Shown in pieces: positions 61,289-64,000 of a stretch of DNA of 64,000 nt. Numbering within the stretch: the stretch's first letter is position 1; every line of letters starts with the position of its first letter. The stretch covers positions 7,302 through 71,301 of the forward strand of contig JAQXRH010000078.1 in assembly GCA_029218425.1 (NCBI GenBank). The letters are read 5' to 3'. The DNA is from Bacteroidales bacterium. GTDB lineage: Bacteria > Bacteroidota > Bacteroidia > Bacteroidales > Muribaculaceae. Position numbers and translations under genes: made by a program. The notes beneath the pieces are model-generated. The model searched no databases, was not told where the DNA came from, and saw nothing but the letters and a program-made list of their open reading frames with translations.

Positions 61289-62305
61289 ATGATAGATAAA
61301 ATCAACCTCCTCAAGTCGGAAATCAATGGGCTCTCTGCCGCCAACGAGGCCGAAGTCGAAGCTTTGCGTGTGAAATATCTTAGCAAAAAAGGCGAAATTT
61401 CTCTGCTTTTCAACGACTTCCGCACAGTCCCCGCCGACCAAAAGAAGGCTATCGGCCAAGCGCTCAACGATTTGAAAAACTTTGCCACCGAACGCATCAA
61501 CTCGCTGCGCGACGCCCTCGCTTCTGTCGACTCCGGATTAGACGGCATCGACCTTACACGCACTCCCGCGCCTATTAAACTCGGCTCGCGCCACCCGCTC
61601 TCCATCGTGCGCGAAGAAATCATTTCCATATTCCGACGCCTCGGCTTCAATATCGCCGAAGGCCCGGAGATTGAGGACGACTGGCACGTGTTTGAATCGC
61701 TCAACTTCGCTGCCGACCATCCCGCTCGCGACATGCAGGACACTTTCTTCATCCAACGAAGCCCCGACGTCCTGCTCCGCACCCACACTTCGTCGGTCCA
61801 AACTCGCGTGATGGAAAACTCCCGCCCGCCTATCCGCATCATCTGCCCGGGACGCGTTTACCGTAACGAAGCTATCTCGGCTCGAGCACACTGCTTCTTC
61901 CACCAAGTAGAGGCCCTCTATATCGACAAAAACGTGTCCTTCGCCGACCTGCGCCAGACTCTCCTCTACTTCGCCCGCGAAATGTTCGGCCCCGACACCA
62001 AAATCCGCCTACGCCCAAGCTACTTCCCATTCACCGAACCTTCGGCCGAAATGGACATCTCTTGCGACCTCTGCGGCGGCAAAGGCTGCTCTTTCTGCAA
62101 AGGCACCGGCTGGGTAGAAATCCTCGGCTGCGGTATGGTCGACCCCAATGTCCTTGAAGCTTGCGGCATCGACTCTAAAGTATACTCTGGCTTCGCTCTC
62201 GGCATGGGCATCGAACGTATCACCAACCTCAAGTATCGTGTCAAGGACTTGCGCATGTTCTCCGAAAACGATGTCCGTTTCCTCGAAGAATTTATCGACG
62301 CATAG
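61289..62305 (+). CDS. pheS: Phenylalanine--tRNA ligase alpha subunit
   Basis: HPARDMQDTF, LRTHTS, YFPFTEPS, GMGIER. Confidence 0.97.
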   Translation: MIDKINLLKSEINGLSAANEAEVEALRVKYLSKKGEISLLFNDFRTVPADQKKAIGQALNDLKNFATERINSLRDALASVDSGLDGIDLTRTPAPIKLGSRHPLSIVREEIISIFRRLGFNIAEGPEIEDDWHVFESLNFAADHPARDMQDTFFIQRSPDVLLRTHTSSVQTRVMENSRPPIRIICPGRVYRNEAISARAHCFFHQVEALYIDKNVSFADLRQTLLYFAREMFGPDTKIRLRPSYFPFTEPSAEMDISCDLCGGKGCSFCKGTGWVEILGCGMVDPNVLEACGIDSKVYSGFALGMGIERITNLKYRVKDLRMFSENDVRFLEEFIDA

Positions 62306-62368
62306 TATTCCCCAACAGGCGGACCGACCCCGAGCCTCATCCTTCACTTACCCATTCACCCTCCAATC

Positions 62369-62749
62369 ATGCCGAGCTTCTCACAAGTGTTGTGCGTAGG
62401 TGCCGGTGGCGCCATCGGTGCTATCTGCCGGTTCCTTTTCCAATGCTGCTTCTCCGGCTCTTCCCACAAGCAATGGGCCGTCGTCGCCATCAACTTGGCA
62501 GGTAGCGCTTTGATTGGGGCCGCATGGGCCGCCGTTGCACGCTACGGCGCGTCGACGATGCTCAACCAATGGATTATCGCCGGACTGCTCGGCGGGTTCA
62601 CCACTTACTCCACTTTCGCTTTCGACAGCTTCGACCTCTTCCGCAACGGCCGTTTCGTCGAAGCTTTCCTCTACATTGCCGTCTCTCTTGTCGGCGGTTT
62701 ATTGCTTTGCGCTCTCGCTTTCTCTTTTACTGAAAAGTTGCTCAAATAA
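62369..62749 (+). CDS. crcB: Fluoride efflux channel CrcB/FluC
   Basis: GGAIGAICR, INLAG, GGFTTYSTF. Confidence 0.9.
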   Translation: MPSFSQVLCVGAGGAIGAICRFLFQCCFSGSSHKQWAVVAINLAGSALIGAAWAAVARYGASTMLNQWIIAGLLGGFTTYSTFAFDSFDLFRNGRFVEAFLYIAVSLVGGLLLCALAFSFTEKLLK

Positions 62750-63405
62750 TGACCTTAAAAGAACGATATGCAGCCGTCATGCAGCGTTTCGCCGAGGCTA
62801 TGCCTGCGCCTCAAACCGAGCTCAATTACGACTCGCCTTTCCACCTCCTGCTTGCCGTAATACTCTCGGCGCAATGCACCGACAAGCGCGTCAACTCTGT
62901 CACGCCTGCCCTTTTCGAGGCTTTCCCCACCCCCTCAGATTTGGCCGCCGCTACGCCCGACGACGTGTTCCCCTTCATCAAATCGGTTTCTTACCCCAAC
63001 AACAAAGCAAAATCGCTTGTCGGCGCCGCTCGTACTCTCGTCGAACGTTTCAACGGCGAAATGCCCGACAACATCGACGATCTCATGGAGCTGCCTGGCG
63101 TTGGACGTAAAACCGCCAACGTAATGCTGGCCGTGGTATTCAACCGCGCCGCTATGGCTGTCGACACCCACGTGTTCCGCGTCAGCGAACGCATCGGCCT
63201 AACCACCAACTCCAAGAACCCGCTCCAAACCGAACGCGCCCTCGTCAAACACATTCCACAAGACGACATCCCTCGTGCCCACCATTGGCTAATCCTCCAC
63301 GGCCGATATGTCTGCAAAGCACGCCGTCCCGACTGCCTCAACTGCCCTATTACCGACCTTTGCCGGTACCACAACAACGAATCTCGCTCTGCCTCTAAGA
63401 TTTAA
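62749..63405 (+). CDS. nth: Endonuclease III
   Basis: LSAQCTD, LPGVGRKTA HhH, VDTHV, C-x6-C-x2-C-x5-C. Confidence 0.96.
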   Translation: MTLKERYAAVMQRFAEAMPAPQTELNYDSPFHLLLAVILSAQCTDKRVNSVTPALFEAFPTPSDLAAATPDDVFPFIKSVSYPNNKAKSLVGAARTLVERFNGEMPDNIDDLMELPGVGRKTANVMLAVVFNRAAMAVDTHVFRVSERIGLTTNSKNPLQTERALVKHIPQDDIPRAHHWLILHGRYVCKARRPDCLNCPITDLCRYHNNESRSASKI

Positions 63406-63416
63406 CTGTTTCTACC

Positions 63417-64000
63417 ATGGAATCCACCTTCCTTTTCATAATTGAAGCAATCGGCACATTCGCCTTCGCTATCAGCGGTATACGGCTCGCCGCATACAAA
63501 AACTTCGACCTGTTCGGTGCCTACACCATTGGTCTCGTCACCGCTATCGGAGGCGGCACTCTCCGCGACATCCTCCTCGACATTCCCGTATTCTGGATGC
63601 AGACATGGGTTTACCTTGCCATTACTGGCCTCGCTCTTGGCATCGTAATCCTCTTCCGGCGCATCCTAATCAGCATGAACCGGATGCTTTTCATTTTCGA
63701 CACTGTCGGTCTCGCCCTTTTCGTCGTCATCGGCATCCAAAAAACCCTCGCCATCGACTACCCTATGTGGGTCGCTATGGTCATGGGCGTCATCACCGGC
63801 TCATTTGGCGGCGTCGTTCGCGACATCCTCATCAACGAAGAACCACTATTCTTCCGCAAAGACATCTACGCCACTGCTTGCCTCGCCGGAGGCTTCGGCT
63901 ACTGGGGTAGCACCCTCATAGGCTGGAACGACGTCACCTCGCAATCCCTCTGCGCCCTCATCGTCATAATCCTCCGCATCGGAGCCCTACGCTACAACTG
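63417..64000 (+). CDS. TRIC/UPF0126 family membrane protein, truncated by window edge
   Basis: Not in ORF track. ATG 63417 reads MESTFLFIIEAIGTFAFAISG..., with TAIGGGTLRD and TGSFGGVVRD repeats. Confidence 0.88.
   Translation, partial: MESTFLFIIEAIGTFAFAISGIRLAAYKNFDLFGAYTIGLVTAIGGGTLRDILLDIPVFWMQTWVYLAITGLALGIVILFRRILISMNRMLFIFDTVGLALFVVIGIQKTLAIDYPMWVAMVMGVITGSFGGVVRDILINEEPLFFRKDIYATACLAGGFGYWGSTLIGWNDVTSQSLCALIVIILRIGALRYN

Noticed and set aside
62306-62368. Fluoride riboswitch upstream of crcB
   Set aside because: No GGCGATGG...CTGATG consensus; gene appears co-transcribed with pheS
456-63910. Many long antisense or alternate-frame ORFs (e.g. 456-1373, 6408-7409, 10048-10989, 50768-52003, 59663-60949)
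   Set aside because: They overlap well-supported genes, lack motifs and are expected from biased third-position usage

Overview
Chromosomal window from a ~55-57% GC Bacteroidales bacterium, probably Muribaculaceae-like (inferred from TAnnTTTG -7 promoter boxes, PorU/T9SS genes and gene order). It is mostly housekeeping: split glycine cleavage operon, purB-rluB-asnS, rpsU, xerC-hpf, an ECF sigma operon, ispB, Ca-ATPase, lipAB, dut, polA, AddA-like helicase, tRNA-Tyr, asnB, ribH, GH97, ald, pheS-crcB-nth. Accessory content includes an MboI/DpnII-type GATC restriction-modification cassette and two T9SS-type secreted proteins. Most notable: (1) a 1070-aa secreted-protein gene splits the usual rpsU-xerC-hpf block and is bracketed by ~345-bp direct repeats made of a terminator, two GTAG-type REP modules and a 10-bp-periodic array; (2) this modular repeat family recurs in the window with compensatory base changes; (3) host genes strongly avoid GATC, down to Ile codon choice, while the R-M cassette does not; (4) RluB carries 21 Sup35-like QGGY-N repeats; (5) PolA appears to lack proofreading residues. 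No CRISPR, rRNA or transposase was seen. All calls are by eye from motifs; no database searches were run.
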